A stretch of 64,000 nt of DNA from an uncultured Chloroflexia bacterium (lineage in GTDB: Bacteria; Chloroflexota; Limnocylindria; QHBO01), in contig CAWGTN010000002.1 of assembly GCA_963825525.1 (NCBI GenBank), positions 448,001 to 512,000 of the forward strand. Reading direction: 5' to 3'. The position numbers and the translations under genes are program-made. Position 1 is the stretch's first letter. Each line of letters begins with the position of its first letter. Under the pieces are notes generated by a model. The model did not search any database and was not told the DNA's origin. It worked only from the letters and a program-made list of their open reading frames with translations. Positions 18,652 through 29,416 of the stretch are shown here, piece after piece.

Positions 18652-19897
18652 CGAGCGCCATGATCCCGTCGACGGTGATGCCGTCCTGCTGCTCACCCTT
18701 CTCGAGGTGGCGGGCCGCCAGCGACCCATCCTCGGCAACGATGAGCGCCCAGGTCGCGCCGGCCTTGGCTGCGGACTCGAGCTGCTTCCCGAGCTTGCGG
18801 GTCGATCCGTCCGGGCGCACCGCGATACCCCGGCCGCGCAGCTCGGTGGCGACGCGCAGGCGGGCGATCGGGTCAGCCGTTCCGACGACCCCGACCAGCA
18901 CGCCCCGATCCTCATCCGGCGCCCCGGCTTCCTGGAGCGCCAGCACCGTCCGGTCAAGGCCGATGCCGAAGCCGATCCCGGGAGTCGAACGACCCCCGAG
19001 CAATTCGATCAGCCCGTCGTAGCGGCCGCCACCGCCCAGCGCCTGCTGCTGGCCCTCGCGACCGGCCACGTAGAACTCGAACGCGGTGCGCGAGTAGTAG
19101 TCGAGTCCGCGCACCAGCCGATGGTCGATCTCGTAGCGCACCCCGAGCGCGTCCAGGCTCGACGTGAGCGTGTCGAAGTGCTCGCGGCACGCGCCGCACA
19201 GGTGGTCGATGCTGCGCGGCGCCCCCTCGGCCAGGTCGGCCGGAAGCTCCTTGTCATCCAGCACGCGGAGCGGGTTGACTCCCAGGCGTCGGCGCGAATC
19301 GGCGCTCAGCCGATCCGCGTGGGCCTCGAAATAGCCGACGAGCGCGTCGCGGTAGGCAGGCCGACACGCCGCGTCGCCGATCGAGTTGACGCGAGCCACG
19401 ACGTCGCGGATGCCGACCTCGGCGTAGAAGCGGTGCCCGAGCTCGATGAGCTCGGCGTCGACGGACGGCCCCGCATCGCCGATGACCTCGACGTCCCACT
19501 GCACGAACTGGCGGTAGCGGCCGGCCTGCGGTCGGTCGTAGCGAAACATCGGGCCGATCATGGTCAGCCGCAGCGGGCCGGGTCGCACGTGCATGCCGTG
19601 CTCGATGAATGCCCGCGCAACGCCGGCGGTCGGCTCCGGACGAAGTGCCCACGGGGCCGATTCCTCCTCGCTGCCCTTCGCGCCGGCGACTCGGAACATC
19701 TCCTTCTCGACGGCATCGCTGCTCTCACCGAGTCCCCGCGCGAACAGCTCCACCCGTTCGAACAGCGGGATCTCGATGCGCTCGAATGCGTAGCGCCGCG
19801 AGAGGTCACGGGCGATCGCCTCGATGCGGCTCCACGCGGGCGTCTCTTCGGGGAGCAGGTCGCGCGTCCCGCGCGGCGCGCCGATCTTGGTGGCCAT
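18641..19897 (-). CDS. hisS: Histidine--tRNA ligase
   Basis: PRGTRD, LRPEPTA, FRYDRPQAGRYRQF, LVRGLDYY, GGGRYDGL. Confidence 0.98.
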   Translation of the reverse strand: MATKIGAPRGTRDLLPEETPAWSRIEAIARDLSRRYAFERIEIPLFERVELFARGLGESSDAVEKEMFRVAGAKGSEEESAPWALRPEPTAGVARAFIEHGMHVRPGPLRLTMIGPMFRYDRPQAGRYRQFVQWDVEVIGDAGPSVDAELIELGHRFYAEVGIRDVVARVNSIGDAACRPAYRDALVGYFEAHADRLSADSRRRLGVNPLRVLDDKELPADLAEGAPRSIDHLCGACREHFDTLTSSLDALGVRYEIDHRLVRGLDYYSRTAFEFYVAGREGQQQALGGGGRYDGLIELLGGRSTPGIGFGIGLDRTVLALQEAGAPDEDRGVLVGVVGTADPIARLRVATELRGRGIAVRPDGSTRKLGKQLESAAKAGATWALIVAEDGSLAARHLEKGEQQDGITVDGIMALVSA

Positions 19898-19944
19898 GGG
19901 CGGAGTCTATCGGCCCCGGTCGCTCCCGTGGCGGTCCTCGACCG

Positions 19945-22158
19945 CTACCGCGCTTCCCGGGCCACGCTGGTCACGTCGCGCAGCCGCTCGATCTTGGCGA
20001 GCACCCTGGCGAGCTGCTGGAGAGACTCGACCTTGAAGGTGGCGGTGATGACGGCCGTGCCGTCCGGGTCGGTTGCGACCGACGCCGCCACGATGTTGAC
20101 CTTGTACTCGGCGACGACATTCGTCACGTCGCTGAGCAGGCCCGGCCGGTCGACCGCGGTGATCCGAACCGTGATCGGGTAGGTCTGCTGCCCGGCCAGC
20201 TCCCACTCGACGTCGATGAGGCGCTCGATGTCCCGCTCGGAGAGCACGGACGGACATGACGCCCGATGCACCGTGACGCCCTTGCCCCGGGTGACGTAGC
20301 CGGTGATCTCATCCCCCGGAATCGGCGAGCAGCACTTGGCGAACCGCACCAGCAGGTCGCCCACGCCCTTGACCTTCACGCCAGTGGTGGACGGCGCGGC
20401 CGGCGGTGCCAGTTCGGGCAGCGTGATGGCAGCGTCGTCGTGGATCTCGAGCTTGCTCACCACGCTGGCCGAGCTCACCGCTCCGTAGCCGATGGCGGCG
20501 TAGAAGTCGTCGAGCTCCTTGTAGCGGTACCCGGTGGCGAGCTCCACGAGCTTCGTTGCGTCGATCGAGGCAAGCGTCTCGTGGGCAAGCCGACGCAGCT
20601 CACGGTCGAGCAGGTCCTTGCCCTGCGCGATGTTCTCGTCACGTTGCTGGTGCTTGAACCAGGCGCGGATCTTCTCGCGCGCGTGCGAGGTGCGGACGAT
20701 GTTCAGCCAGTCGCGGCTCGGTCCGTGCGCCGCCTTGGTCGTCACGATCTCGACGATGTCGCCGTTGCGGAGCCGGTAGTCGAGCGGCACGAGCCGGTTG
20801 TTGACCTTGGCGCCGATGGTGCGGTGACCAACATCGGTGTGGATGCGATACGCGAAGTCCAGGGGTGTCGCGTCGCGCGGCAGGTCCTTGACGTCTCCCT
20901 TGGGGGTGAATACGAACACCTGGTCCTGGAAAACGTCGAGCTTCAGGCCCTCGACGAACTCGGTGGCGTCACTGACCTCGCGCTGCCAGTCGATGAGCTG
21001 TCGAACCCACGCCAGCTTCTCGTCGTAGCGCCGATCGCCGCGGCTCCCTTCTTTGTAGCGCCAGTGCGCCGCGATCCCGGCCTCGGACACCTCGTGCATC
21101 TGGTAGGTCCGGATCTGCACCTCGAGGGGCTTCGCCTCCGGACCGATGACCGCCGTGTGCAGCGACTGGTACATGTTCGCCTTCGGCATGGCGATGTAGT
21201 CGTCGAACTGGCCCGGTACCGGGCGCCACAGCGAGTGGACCACGCCAAGGGCCGCGTAGCAGTCCTTCACCTCGGCCACCAGCACGCGGATGGCGTGCAG
21301 GTCGTAGATCTCGGTGAACTCGGCGCCCTTGCGCTCCATCTTCTTGGCGATCGAGTACAGGTGCTTGGGGCGGCCGTTGATCTCGGCCGTGATCCCCACC
21401 GCACCGAGCTCCTTGCGCAGGATGCCGATGCTCTTGTTGACGAAGCTCTCGCGCGCACGACGCCGATCGGTGAGCATCTCGACGAGCTGACGGTACTTGT
21501 CGGGCTCCAGGTACTTGAACGAGAGGTCCTCGAGCTCCCACTTGATCTGCCACATGCCGAGCCGATGGGCCAGCGGCGCGTAGATCTCCATGGTCTGGCG
21601 AGCGATCCGCTGCTGCTTGTCCGCGGGCAGGAACTCCAGCGTCCGCATGTTGTGGAGGCGGTCGGCGAGCTTGATGATCACGACGCGCACGTCCTCGGCC
21701 ATGGCCATGAACATCTTCCGGATGTTCTCGGCCTGCTGCTCCTCCATGGTCCGCGCACTGCCGAACTTGCTGAGCTTGGTCACCCCGTCGACCAGCCGGG
21801 CGACCTCGCGTCCGAAGCGCTTCTCGAGCTCGGCGAGCGTGTAGTCCGTGTCCTCCGGCACGTCGTGAAGGAGTGCGGCCGCGAGCGTCTCGGCATCCAT
21901 CTGGAGGGTTGCGAGGTAGTAGGTGACCTCCACCGGGTGGGTGACGTACGGCTCACCCGAGCTGCGCACCTGGGCCTCGTGGGCAGTCGCGGCCGTCTCG
22001 TAGGCGCGGCGGATCAGGCTCTCGTCGACGGAGGTGCGGTGCAGCTGAGCCTCGGCCACGATGTCGTCGATCGTGTGGTGGCGCTCGCCCACGGCGTCGC
22101 CGCCGCGCGTGATCCGTTGCACGACGGCGGCCGGAGAGAAGCGTGCCAGCTGCGCCAT
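19945..22158 (-). CDS. relA: Bifunctional (p)ppGpp synthetase/hydrolase Rel
   Basis: HD domain (LLHDVPED), KLADRLHNMRTL, GRPKHLYSI, YQSLHT, TGS (DFAYRIHT), ACT domain. Confidence 0.97.
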   Translation of the reverse strand: MAQLARFSPAAVVQRITRGGDAVGERHHTIDDIVAEAQLHRTSVDESLIRRAYETAATAHEAQVRSSGEPYVTHPVEVTYYLATLQMDAETLAAALLHDVPEDTDYTLAELEKRFGREVARLVDGVTKLSKFGSARTMEEQQAENIRKMFMAMAEDVRVVIIKLADRLHNMRTLEFLPADKQQRIARQTMEIYAPLAHRLGMWQIKWELEDLSFKYLEPDKYRQLVEMLTDRRRARESFVNKSIGILRKELGAVGITAEINGRPKHLYSIAKKMERKGAEFTEIYDLHAIRVLVAEVKDCYAALGVVHSLWRPVPGQFDDYIAMPKANMYQSLHTAVIGPEAKPLEVQIRTYQMHEVSEAGIAAHWRYKEGSRGDRRYDEKLAWVRQLIDWQREVSDATEFVEGLKLDVFQDQVFVFTPKGDVKDLPRDATPLDFAYRIHTDVGHRTIGAKVNNRLVPLDYRLRNGDIVEIVTTKAAHGPSRDWLNIVRTSHAREKIRAWFKHQQRDENIAQGKDLLDRELRRLAHETLASIDATKLVELATGYRYKELDDFYAAIGYGAVSSASVVSKLEIHDDAAITLPELAPPAAPSTTGVKVKGVGDLLVRFAKCCSPIPGDEITGYVTRGKGVTVHRASCPSVLSERDIERLIDVEWELAGQQTYPITVRITAVDRPGLLSDVTNVVAEYKVNIVAASVATDPDGTAVITATFKVESLQQLARVLAKIERLRDVTSVAREAR

Positions 22159-22212
22159 AGGACTTCCGATGCTAGCACGGGGCGTCGGTCACCCCACCGG
22201 CCCGGCCCGCGT

Positions 22213-22713
22213 TCAGCGGGTGACGGCAAGACCCTCGATGACGCGGACCGCCGGGAGTCTCGTGAGCACGTCCGGGGTCACCTTGAGCTTCGAGGACCGG
22301 TTGCCTCCACCGAGGATGATCCAGTTCGGCCCCGTGACCCGCGCGTCGACCAGGACCGGCATCGTCGGCGGAAGCCCGAACGGCGTGACGCCACCGATCT
22401 CCATCCCGGTGAGAGCGCGCACCGGGTCGGCGGCGGCGAACGACGCCTTGCGGACCGCCATCTCGCGTCGGACGACCTTGTTGACGTCGAGCGAGGTCGA
22501 GGCCAGCAGGACACACGCGACGTAGATCGGCTCTGCACCCTTCGACACCACGAGGATCGTGTTCGCACTCTGATCGAGAGGGATGCCGTAGGCCTCGACG
22601 AACGCTGCGGTATCGGCCAGGGCCGGGTCGCAGGCCATCACCTCGTACTCCACGTCGAGCGCCTCGAGCGCCGCGCGTACGCGTGGATCGAGCAGGTCCG
22701 CGTTCACGGACAA
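22213..22713 (-). CDS. YbaK/EbsC family aminoacyl-tRNA deacylase-like protein
   Basis: KASFA, LTGMEIGGVTPFGLP, GGGNRSSKL. Confidence 0.85.
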   Translation of the reverse strand: MSVNADLLDPRVRAALEALDVEYEVMACDPALADTAAFVEAYGIPLDQSANTILVVSKGAEPIYVACVLLASTSLDVNKVVRREMAVRKASFAAADPVRALTGMEIGGVTPFGLPPTMPVLVDARVTGPNWIILGGGNRSSKLKVTPDVLTRLPAVRVIEGLAVTR

Positions 22714-23186
22714 TCTTCCGTGCTCGTGCCGCCTGAACCGGTGTTGACGCTCTCACCCGGCCCCGCGACGGAGACCTGGGTTCCAACCCAGAAAACGGCG
22801 GCCGTGGCCAGCAGCTCCTCGCCAGCGTCGAACACGTAGACCTCGCTGTCGTACGCGGACCCGTTCGCGTCGAGCCCGCAGAGGACGAAGAGCACGCCAC
22901 CCGAGCTCCACGCGTCGCCCGAACGCCGCGGCTCGTGGATCGAGTCGGCGCGGATCAACGGTGGCTCCAGCGGCGCCGCATCCTCGTTGTGCTGCAGCTC
23001 GGTCTCACAGGTGCCGCTCGCGTGCGCGCACAGCCGATCGAAGTCCCGGGCAATTCCCGCGTCGACGATCTCGTCGAGGAGGAGCCTCGCATCGGCCACG
23101 GACGGCGGTCCAGGGGGAGCGTCTGGTGCAAGTGCGCCACATCCGGCCAGCACCGCGGCAAGGCAGAGGCCCACGCTGATTCGCAT
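22704..23186 (-). CDS. Hypothetical lipoprotein
   Basis: MRISVGLCLAAVLAGC lipobox. Confidence 0.6.
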   Translation of the reverse strand: MRISVGLCLAAVLAGCGALAPDAPPGPPSVADARLLLDEIVDAGIARDFDRLCAHASGTCETELQHNEDAAPLEPPLIRADSIHEPRRSGDAWSSGGVLFVLCGLDANGSAYDSEVYVFDAGEELLATAAVFWVGTQVSVAGPGESVNTGSGGTSTEDCP

Positions 23187-23190
23187 CGTC

Positions 23191-24272
23191 CTAGGCCACG
23201 TCGGTCGGCGGATGGCGATCGCCACCCGCGACGAGGAGGCGTGCACGCTGGACCAGGCCGTAGGCCGGGATCGCCACACGGAGGGCCGCGTCGATCGGCG
23301 CGCGGAGAGGGAGGTCGCGCGCGCCCACGTATTCGATCTCTTCGCCGCCGAAGCCCTCCTTGAACTGACGGATCCCGCCGGTCGCCAGGCCCCACATGTC
23401 GTAGACGGCGAATCCCTCATCGGCGAAGTCGCTGATGGCGGCCCACTTCAGGAGATAGTTGGCGCGCGCGTCGGCACCGGCGTCGGTCATGCCGCCGTAG
23501 GACTCCACCGCGCGATCGCCGCAGGTGAAGTGGAACAGGACGGCAACGCGCTCGCCGTCGTTGAGCGCAAAGCTCAGGCGCACGCGGCCGGACGGGGCGA
23601 AGATCGACCACACCCGCTCGTAGTAGAACGCCTGGCGGGCGACGAACCCGGCGCGCCCCGCGGTGTACTGGTAGATCCGATTGAAGTCGGCCAGCGCTGG
23701 CCCGATGACGTCGGCCGGCGTGGACCCATCGAAACGCTCGATCGTGATCCCGGACCGCTCGGCCTTGTTCACGTACTGGCGGTGCTTGCGCTTGAGGTTC
23801 GCCTTCAGCGCCTCGGAACCCGGTGCCAGGTCGATGACCCGGGTGGTGGGCGGCTGGATTTTCGGCGCGGCGCGCCATGGCGCATCGAGAGGGCACTCCC
23901 GTAGTCGGAGTCGGGCTGCGCCTCGGGATCAGCGCGGACCGTCGCGATTCGTTCCGCTGCCCCCAGCGATCGAAGCGCGCCCAGCAGCGCGGAACGCACC
24001 GCCGAATCGTCGAGCTGGCCGATCGGCCCTCTGGGTGCATACGCCAGATGCCAGCCGATGAGCGGCACGGGCCGCAGGAGCAGCTGGGCGCCCGCCAGAG
24101 GCTCTTCGCGCGATCGGCCGACCAGGAGGCGAATCGGGCGCCAGCCGCCCATGGCACGCACCTCGCCCCACTCCCACAGCTGGGGGAACGCGTGGTACGG
24201 CGCCGATTCGACGAAGCGGTTCCAGGCCGACGGGTCCGTCTCGCGCCATGCGCGAAGCTCCATGTCGGTCAT
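23191..24272 (-). CDS. FemAB/FemX family peptidoglycan aminoacyltransferase, frameshifted near 23880
   Basis: N-part QLWEWGEV...YAPRGP in one frame; C-part YLLKWAAI...YDMWG...FKEGFGG in another. Confidence 0.85.
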
Positions 24273-25759
24273 CGTCTCCATCCTGCGGCATGCAGGGCAT
24301 CGCGCGCCACGCCGACCTCGTCCCACGGGCGGGACTCCGTGCCGTAGATGATGCTGCGCTCGTGACCCTTGCCGGCAAGCAGCACGAGATCGCCGGCGCG
24401 GGCCATGCCGATGACACGGCCGATGGCCTCGGCGCGGTCGGCAACGACGAGCAGCGACTCGCCATCGATGGCGCCGGCCGCGCGGGCACCGTCGGCGATC
24501 TGCTGGTTGATGACCCATGGGTCCTCGAGACGTGGATCCTCGTCGGTCACCACGATCACGTCCGCGATCTCGGCCGCGACGCGGCCCATCGGCGCCCGCT
24601 TGGTGGCGTCCCGCTCACCCGCCGATCCGAAGACGGCGATGAGCCGGCCCTTGGTGATCGGCCGCAGGATGCCGAGCACCTTGCGCAGGGAGTCCTCGGT
24701 GTGGGCGTAGTCGACGATCACCGCGAACGGCTGGCCGGCATCGACCCCCTGCATGCGACCCGGCACGCCCGACGTCGACCCGAGGGCATGCGCCGCCTGG
24801 CCCAGGTCCAGCCCGAGGGCCTCCGCGACCGCCAAGGTGGCCAGTCCGTTCGACACGTTGAACCGACCGGGGAGCGGGACCCGGACCTTCCCCGACCACG
24901 ACGGCGCTCGGAGGCGGAACGTCGTGCCGCCCGCGTCGGCACGCAGGTCGGTCGCACGCAGATCGGCCTCGGCATCGATGCCGTAGGTGATCACGCGATC
25001 ACGAGCCGCCCGTCGGAACTGCTCGAACGAACCGTCATCCGCATTCAGGATGGCGATCGGCGCCTCCCGGACCAGCAGAGCCTTGGCCTCCCGATACGCC
25101 TCCACCGTTCCGTGGAACTCCAGGTGCTCGCTGGTGACCGTGGTCACGACGCCGATGTCGAACCGGCAATTGCGGGTGCGCTCGAGTGCCAGTCCGTGCG
25201 ACGTGGCCTCCATGACCACCGAGTCGTTGCCGGCGGCGACCATCTGCGCCATGAGCTCCTGGAGCTCGAGCGCCTCCGGCGTGGTCGTACGCCGCCCATT
25301 CACCTCGACGCCTGATCCCACGCCGGTGAACACCGTGCCGATCTGCCCGGGCCGCCGGCCGGCGGCCGACAGAACCTCGGCGGCAAGAGCCGTGACCGTC
25401 GACTTGCCGTCGGTCCCGGTCACCCCGATGACCGTCAGCTGCTCGGACGGTCGGCCGAACCACGCGTCGGCCGCATCGGCTAGGGCGCGGCGACTGCGAT
25501 CGACCACGAGTTGAGGAACAGAGAGATCGGCAAGCTCGCGCTCGACCACGACCCCGATGGCTCCGGCGGCGACCGCATCGGCGACGAAGTCGTGTCCGTC
25601 AACGTGGACGCCAGGGACAGCGAAGAAGAGCGTCCCCGGCTCGACTCGCCGCGAGTCGTAGGCAAGCGCCCTGACTTCGCCGACCGGGATGCCGACGACT
25701 CGCTCGGGCCCGATCGCATCGGTCAGCGCGCCGAGCCCCATCCGTATCGGCTCGCTCAC
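24269..25759 (-). CDS. murE: UDP-MurNAc-tripeptide synthetase MurE
   Basis: GVTGTDGKST, TTPE, MEATSHGL, EHLEFH, VDYAHT, VFGSAGERD, DEDPR, LAGKGHE. Confidence 0.95.
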   Translation of the reverse strand: MSEPIRMGLGALTDAIGPERVVGIPVGEVRALAYDSRRVEPGTLFFAVPGVHVDGHDFVADAVAAGAIGVVVERELADLSVPQLVVDRSRRALADAADAWFGRPSEQLTVIGVTGTDGKSTVTALAAEVLSAAGRRPGQIGTVFTGVGSGVEVNGRRTTTPEALELQELMAQMVAAGNDSVVMEATSHGLALERTRNCRFDIGVVTTVTSEHLEFHGTVEAYREAKALLVREAPIAILNADDGSFEQFRRAARDRVITYGIDAEADLRATDLRADAGGTTFRLRAPSWSGKVRVPLPGRFNVSNGLATLAVAEALGLDLGQAAHALGSTSGVPGRMQGVDAGQPFAVIVDYAHTEDSLRKVLGILRPITKGRLIAVFGSAGERDATKRAPMGRVAAEIADVIVVTDEDPRLEDPWVINQQIADGARAAGAIDGESLLVVADRAEAIGRVIGMARAGDLVLLAGKGHERSIIYGTESRPWDEVGVARDALHAAGWRR

Positions 25760-26817
25760 GATCGAACCCGCCTGAGCCAGCCGCGCATGCGGCCGGCGGC
25801 GTCGCGCAGCCGGTACATCGTCCGGTCGACGACCAGATCCCAGGTTCCGGCCCACACGACCTCGTCGCCGCCGAATCCCTTCTTGAAGAGACCGACGCCG
25901 TGCCAGGGGTGCTCCGGCCCCGCGTCCGGTGGCGCGATGCCCCACAGGTCGTGCTGTTGCACGCCGCGCTCCCGAGCGAAACGCATCATCTCCCATTGCA
26001 GCGCGTAGCTGGCGTATCGCTTCGGCTCTCCCCGCTCCTCGCGGCGCGAGCCGCTGAACAGGTAGTAGGACCGCGATCCCTCGATCACGACCATGCCCGA
26101 TGCCAGCAGCTCTCCCTCGCGCCGTGCCTCGAGGATGGCCGCCCGGCCGGCACCGGCCAGAGCAGCCCACGCGACCCGGTATCGCTCGAGCGGCGGCATC
26201 GGGAATCCCGCGCGCTGCTGCGTCTCGCCGACCAGGGCATGCAGCTCGTCGATGGCCCTGCGCTCGGTGGCGTCCTCCACGACCGAGACCTCGACACCCT
26301 CGCGCTCCGCCCGCCGCACGCCGTAGCGGGTGTCCTTGTCGAACTGGGCGATGAGCTGCTCGTCGTTGGCGAGCTCCACGATCCGCGTCTGCCCAACCTG
26401 GAGAGTGGCCGGCGAATGCCGCAGCCGTCGGTCGTGAAGCAGCCTCGCCTCCGGCGCGTCCATGCGCAGCCGAGGCTCGACCTTCACGGCAATCGCACGG
26501 TGCTGTCGCGCCGCCTCACGAAGGCCGATCAGCAGGGCACGAATCCGCGGCCCCGATTCGGGAGTCGACCAATCGAGGACCGGGCCGCGCGGGACGTACC
26601 AGATCGTGCGCCCGGCGATGAGCGTTCGTTCCTGCGCGGCGGCGATTGCCACGATGACATCCGCTTCGGTGAGGACGTAGCGGCGCTGCGGCTGGGAGTC
26701 GAAGGCTGCGACATCGGCCCATGCCCAGTCGTGGAGGAAGTCCCCGGACGGGGTCGCCTCCAGGAACGCCTGCCAGGCGGCTTGATCCGCATCGATGGCC
26801 GGGCGGAACTGGATCAT
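25756..26817 (-). CDS. FemAB/FemX family lipid II aminoacyltransferase
   Basis: FLHDWAWA, YVPRGPVLD, KDTRYGVRRAEREGV, DLWGI, GVGLFKKGFGG. Confidence 0.9.
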   Translation of the reverse strand: MIQFRPAIDADQAAWQAFLEATPSGDFLHDWAWADVAAFDSQPQRRYVLTEADVIVAIAAAQERTLIAGRTIWYVPRGPVLDWSTPESGPRIRALLIGLREAARQHRAIAVKVEPRLRMDAPEARLLHDRRLRHSPATLQVGQTRIVELANDEQLIAQFDKDTRYGVRRAEREGVEVSVVEDATERRAIDELHALVGETQQRAGFPMPPLERYRVAWAALAGAGRAAILEARREGELLASGMVVIEGSRSYYLFSGSRREERGEPKRYASYALQWEMMRFARERGVQQHDLWGIAPPDAGPEHPWHGVGLFKKGFGGDEVVWAGTWDLVVDRTMYRLRDAAGRMRGWLRRVRS

Positions 26818-28415
26818 GCGCCCGTCCCCCGTCGGCGCTGGAGAACCCGCCGCAGCTGTCCGACCTCAGGGAGCCTCAGGGCGGCGGCCACGCCGAGGAA
26901 GGCCGCAATTCCGGCGGCCGACAGGAACAGGAGCACGAACAGTCGTCCCACGCCATCGTCGAGGATGCCACCCAGCGAACCACGGACGAGCGCCAGACCG
27001 GCGAACATGAGGACCGAGGCGACCAGCGCGGCCCCGGCGGAGCGGACAACCGTGCGGATGATCCCTGATTCATCGATCGACTCGATCTTGCGTCGGAGGA
27101 ACCAGAGCAGGCCGATGACCTCCAGGATCGAGCTGATCGAAAGCGCCAGTGCCAGGCCCGCGACGCCCATCGGTCCGACCAGGACCGACATGAGCGGAAC
27201 GTTGATGGCCACCGCGATGATCGCCCACGCCACTGGCGTCCGGGTGTCCTGCATGGCGTAGAAGGCGCGGGTCAGGACGTGGACCACGATGTGGCCAACC
27301 AGGCCGACGGCGAAGAACAGCAGCGCGCTGGCCGTCCGATCGGTGGCGGACTGGTCGAACAGCCCGTACTGGTAGAAGACCGAAGTCAGCGGCTCGCGGA
27401 GCACGATCATGATGGCGGTGAGTGGCGCGGCCACGAACACGAGGACCCGAACGGCGTTGGCGACCTGGCGCCGGATCTCCCCCATCCGCCCCATCGCCGC
27501 GTCCTGGCTGAGCGTCGGGAACAGGGCGACCGCGATGCTCACGCCGATGACGCCGACCGGGATCTGGCTCAGCTGGAACGCGTAGTTGTAGGCCGTCAGG
27601 CTGCCCTCCGGCAGCCCGGAGGCGAGGACCGTGCTCACCAGGAAGTTGATCTGACCCGCCGCCAGGCCCAGCGTGCGGGGCCCCATCAGCCAGGCCACGC
27701 GACGGACTCCGGGGTGCGAGAGGCCGATGGTCAGGTCATAGCGCTGCCCGACCCGCGCCAGGTTCGGAAGCTGAACGGCGAGGTGCGCCAGTGACCCGAC
27801 CGCCACGCCCACCGCCAGACCCTCCACGCCCATGATCGGGGCCAGGAAGATCGCGGCGAGGATGATCGCCACGTTGTACAGCAGCGGCGCGATGGCGGGC
27901 ACCGTGAACTGCTGGTAGCTGTTCAGGATGCCGGTGACCACCGCTCCCATGCCGATGAGCACAGGGCTGAGGAGCATCACGCGCGTCATGCGGATGGTGA
28001 GCTCGGTGGTCGGAGCATCGAAGCCGGGTGCCACGATCGGCACGAAGAATGGGGCAAAGATCGCCATGACCAGGCTGAACAGCGCGAGCGCGATCATCAC
28101 CAGGTTGATGACGCTGCTGGCCAGCTGCCAGGCCTCGGCGTCCTGTCCGCGAGCGCGATAGCCGGCAAACACCGGGATGAGCGCGGCGGAGAGCGCGCCG
28201 GCCACCACGAGCTGGAAGATGGCGTCGGGGATCCGGAATGCCGCGAAGTACGCGTCCAGCTCTCGGCTGACGCCGAACTGGGATCCGATGACGAGAAGCC
28301 TGATCCAGCCGAGGAGCCGGCTGGCAAGGGCCGCAACGGTGAGGATCAGGCTGGCGGTGAGCAGAACCCTGCCCGCCGATGGGCCACTGGCGGGGCTCCC
28401 CGTGGAGACCGTCAC
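26814..28415 (-). CDS. murJ: Lipid II flippase MurJ (MviN)
   Basis: SRLLGWIR, DAYFAAFRIPD, GALSAALIPVF, RAFYAMQDTRTP; many TM segments. Confidence 0.96.
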   Translation of the reverse strand: MTVSTGSPASGPSAGRVLLTASLILTVAALASRLLGWIRLLVIGSQFGVSRELDAYFAAFRIPDAIFQLVVAGALSAALIPVFAGYRARGQDAEAWQLASSVINLVMIALALFSLVMAIFAPFFVPIVAPGFDAPTTELTIRMTRVMLLSPVLIGMGAVVTGILNSYQQFTVPAIAPLLYNVAIILAAIFLAPIMGVEGLAVGVAVGSLAHLAVQLPNLARVGQRYDLTIGLSHPGVRRVAWLMGPRTLGLAAGQINFLVSTVLASGLPEGSLTAYNYAFQLSQIPVGVIGVSIAVALFPTLSQDAAMGRMGEIRRQVANAVRVLVFVAAPLTAIMIVLREPLTSVFYQYGLFDQSATDRTASALLFFAVGLVGHIVVHVLTRAFYAMQDTRTPVAWAIIAVAINVPLMSVLVGPMGVAGLALALSISSILEVIGLLWFLRRKIESIDESGIIRTVVRSAGAALVASVLMFAGLALVRGSLGGILDDGVGRLFVLLFLSAAGIAAFLGVAAALRLPEVGQLRRVLQRRRGTGA

Positions 28416-29386
28416 CTTGCCGGTCGCCGGCCGGGCGCCCGTCCGGCGCGCGGATGGGCGTCCTGGTAGGCGCTGCGCAGCGCGGAATCGGACAGGTGGG
28501 TGTAGATCTGGGTCGTCTGAAGGTTCGCGTGGCCCAGCAGCTCCTGGACGACGCGCAGGTCCGCACCGCCCTCGAGCAGGTGCGTGGCAAACGAGTGACG
28601 CAGGGTGTGTGGACTCGTCCGGTCCGGCGCACCGACAGCCTCGACCCAGCGCGCGATCACCATTCGCGCCCCGCGGACACTGAGCGGCCCGCCGTTGGCG
28701 TTGAGAAAGACCGTGCCTCCACTGCCTGCAGGGCCGCGGCGCGCGGCCAGCGCCGGTCGGGCATCGGCCAGGTAGGCTCGGACGGCCGCTGCCGCCGGCT
28801 CTCCGAACAGCAGCTCGCGCTCCTTATTTCCCTTTCCCACCACGCGCAGTCGCCGCCGTTGCAGATCCAGGCGATCCATGGCCAGGGACGCGAGCTCGCT
28901 GATGCGCATGCCGGTCGCGTACAGCAGCTCGAGCATCGCAGCATCTCGCCGACCAAGCGCCGCGTCGCGGCTTCCGACGCGGTGTGGGCCCGTGACCAGC
29001 GACTCCGCCTCGTCCACCGACAGCACGCGCGGCAGCCGGGAGGGACGGCGTGGGGCGCGGACGCCGGCAAGCGGGTCGACCTCGATCCGGCCCTGGCGCA
29101 CCGCATGTCGGTACATCGAGCGGACAGCAGCCAGGCGTCCCGCGACCGATGAGGGGGCGAGGCCCCGGTCGGCGAGCGATGCCAGGTACGAGCGAATGCT
29201 CGCTCGATCCGGGGTCCGCCAATCGATTCCACGTGCCGCGAGGAACTCGAGGAACTCGGTCGCGTGGCGCCGATACTCGGTGAGCGTTCCTCCGGATGCG
29301 TTGCGCCCTCGCAGCCCGTCGAGGAACGAGCTGAGGGCCTCGCCCGCATCCGCCGTCAGCGCCGACGCGGGCGCCGTGCTACCCAC
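28412..29386 (-). CDS. xerC: Tyrosine recombinase XerC/XerD
   Basis: LYATGMRISEL, GKGNKER, SPHTLRHSFATHLL, VQELLGH, TTQIYTH; next to topA. Confidence 0.9.
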   Translation of the reverse strand: MGSTAPASALTADAGEALSSFLDGLRGRNASGGTLTEYRRHATEFLEFLAARGIDWRTPDRASIRSYLASLADRGLAPSSVAGRLAAVRSMYRHAVRQGRIEVDPLAGVRAPRRPSRLPRVLSVDEAESLVTGPHRVGSRDAALGRRDAAMLELLYATGMRISELASLAMDRLDLQRRRLRVVGKGNKERELLFGEPAAAAVRAYLADARPALAARRGPAGSGGTVFLNANGGPLSVRGARMVIARWVEAVGAPDRTSPHTLRHSFATHLLEGGADLRVVQELLGHANLQTTQIYTHLSDSALRSAYQDAHPRAGRAPGRRPAR

Positions 29387-29416
29387 GCGGGACCCCGGCC
29401 GGTACGGACCTGCGGC

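Noticed and set aside
20266-22839. Long plus-strand ORFs (e.g. 20266-22839, 9240-10871, 49222-50931, 33998-35638)
   Set aside because: Antisense shadows of clear housekeeping genes, expected at high GC; no recognisable motifs
28412-29386. Integrase of a mobile element
   Set aside because: Typical XerC/D size and motifs in topA context; no att repeats or cargo seen
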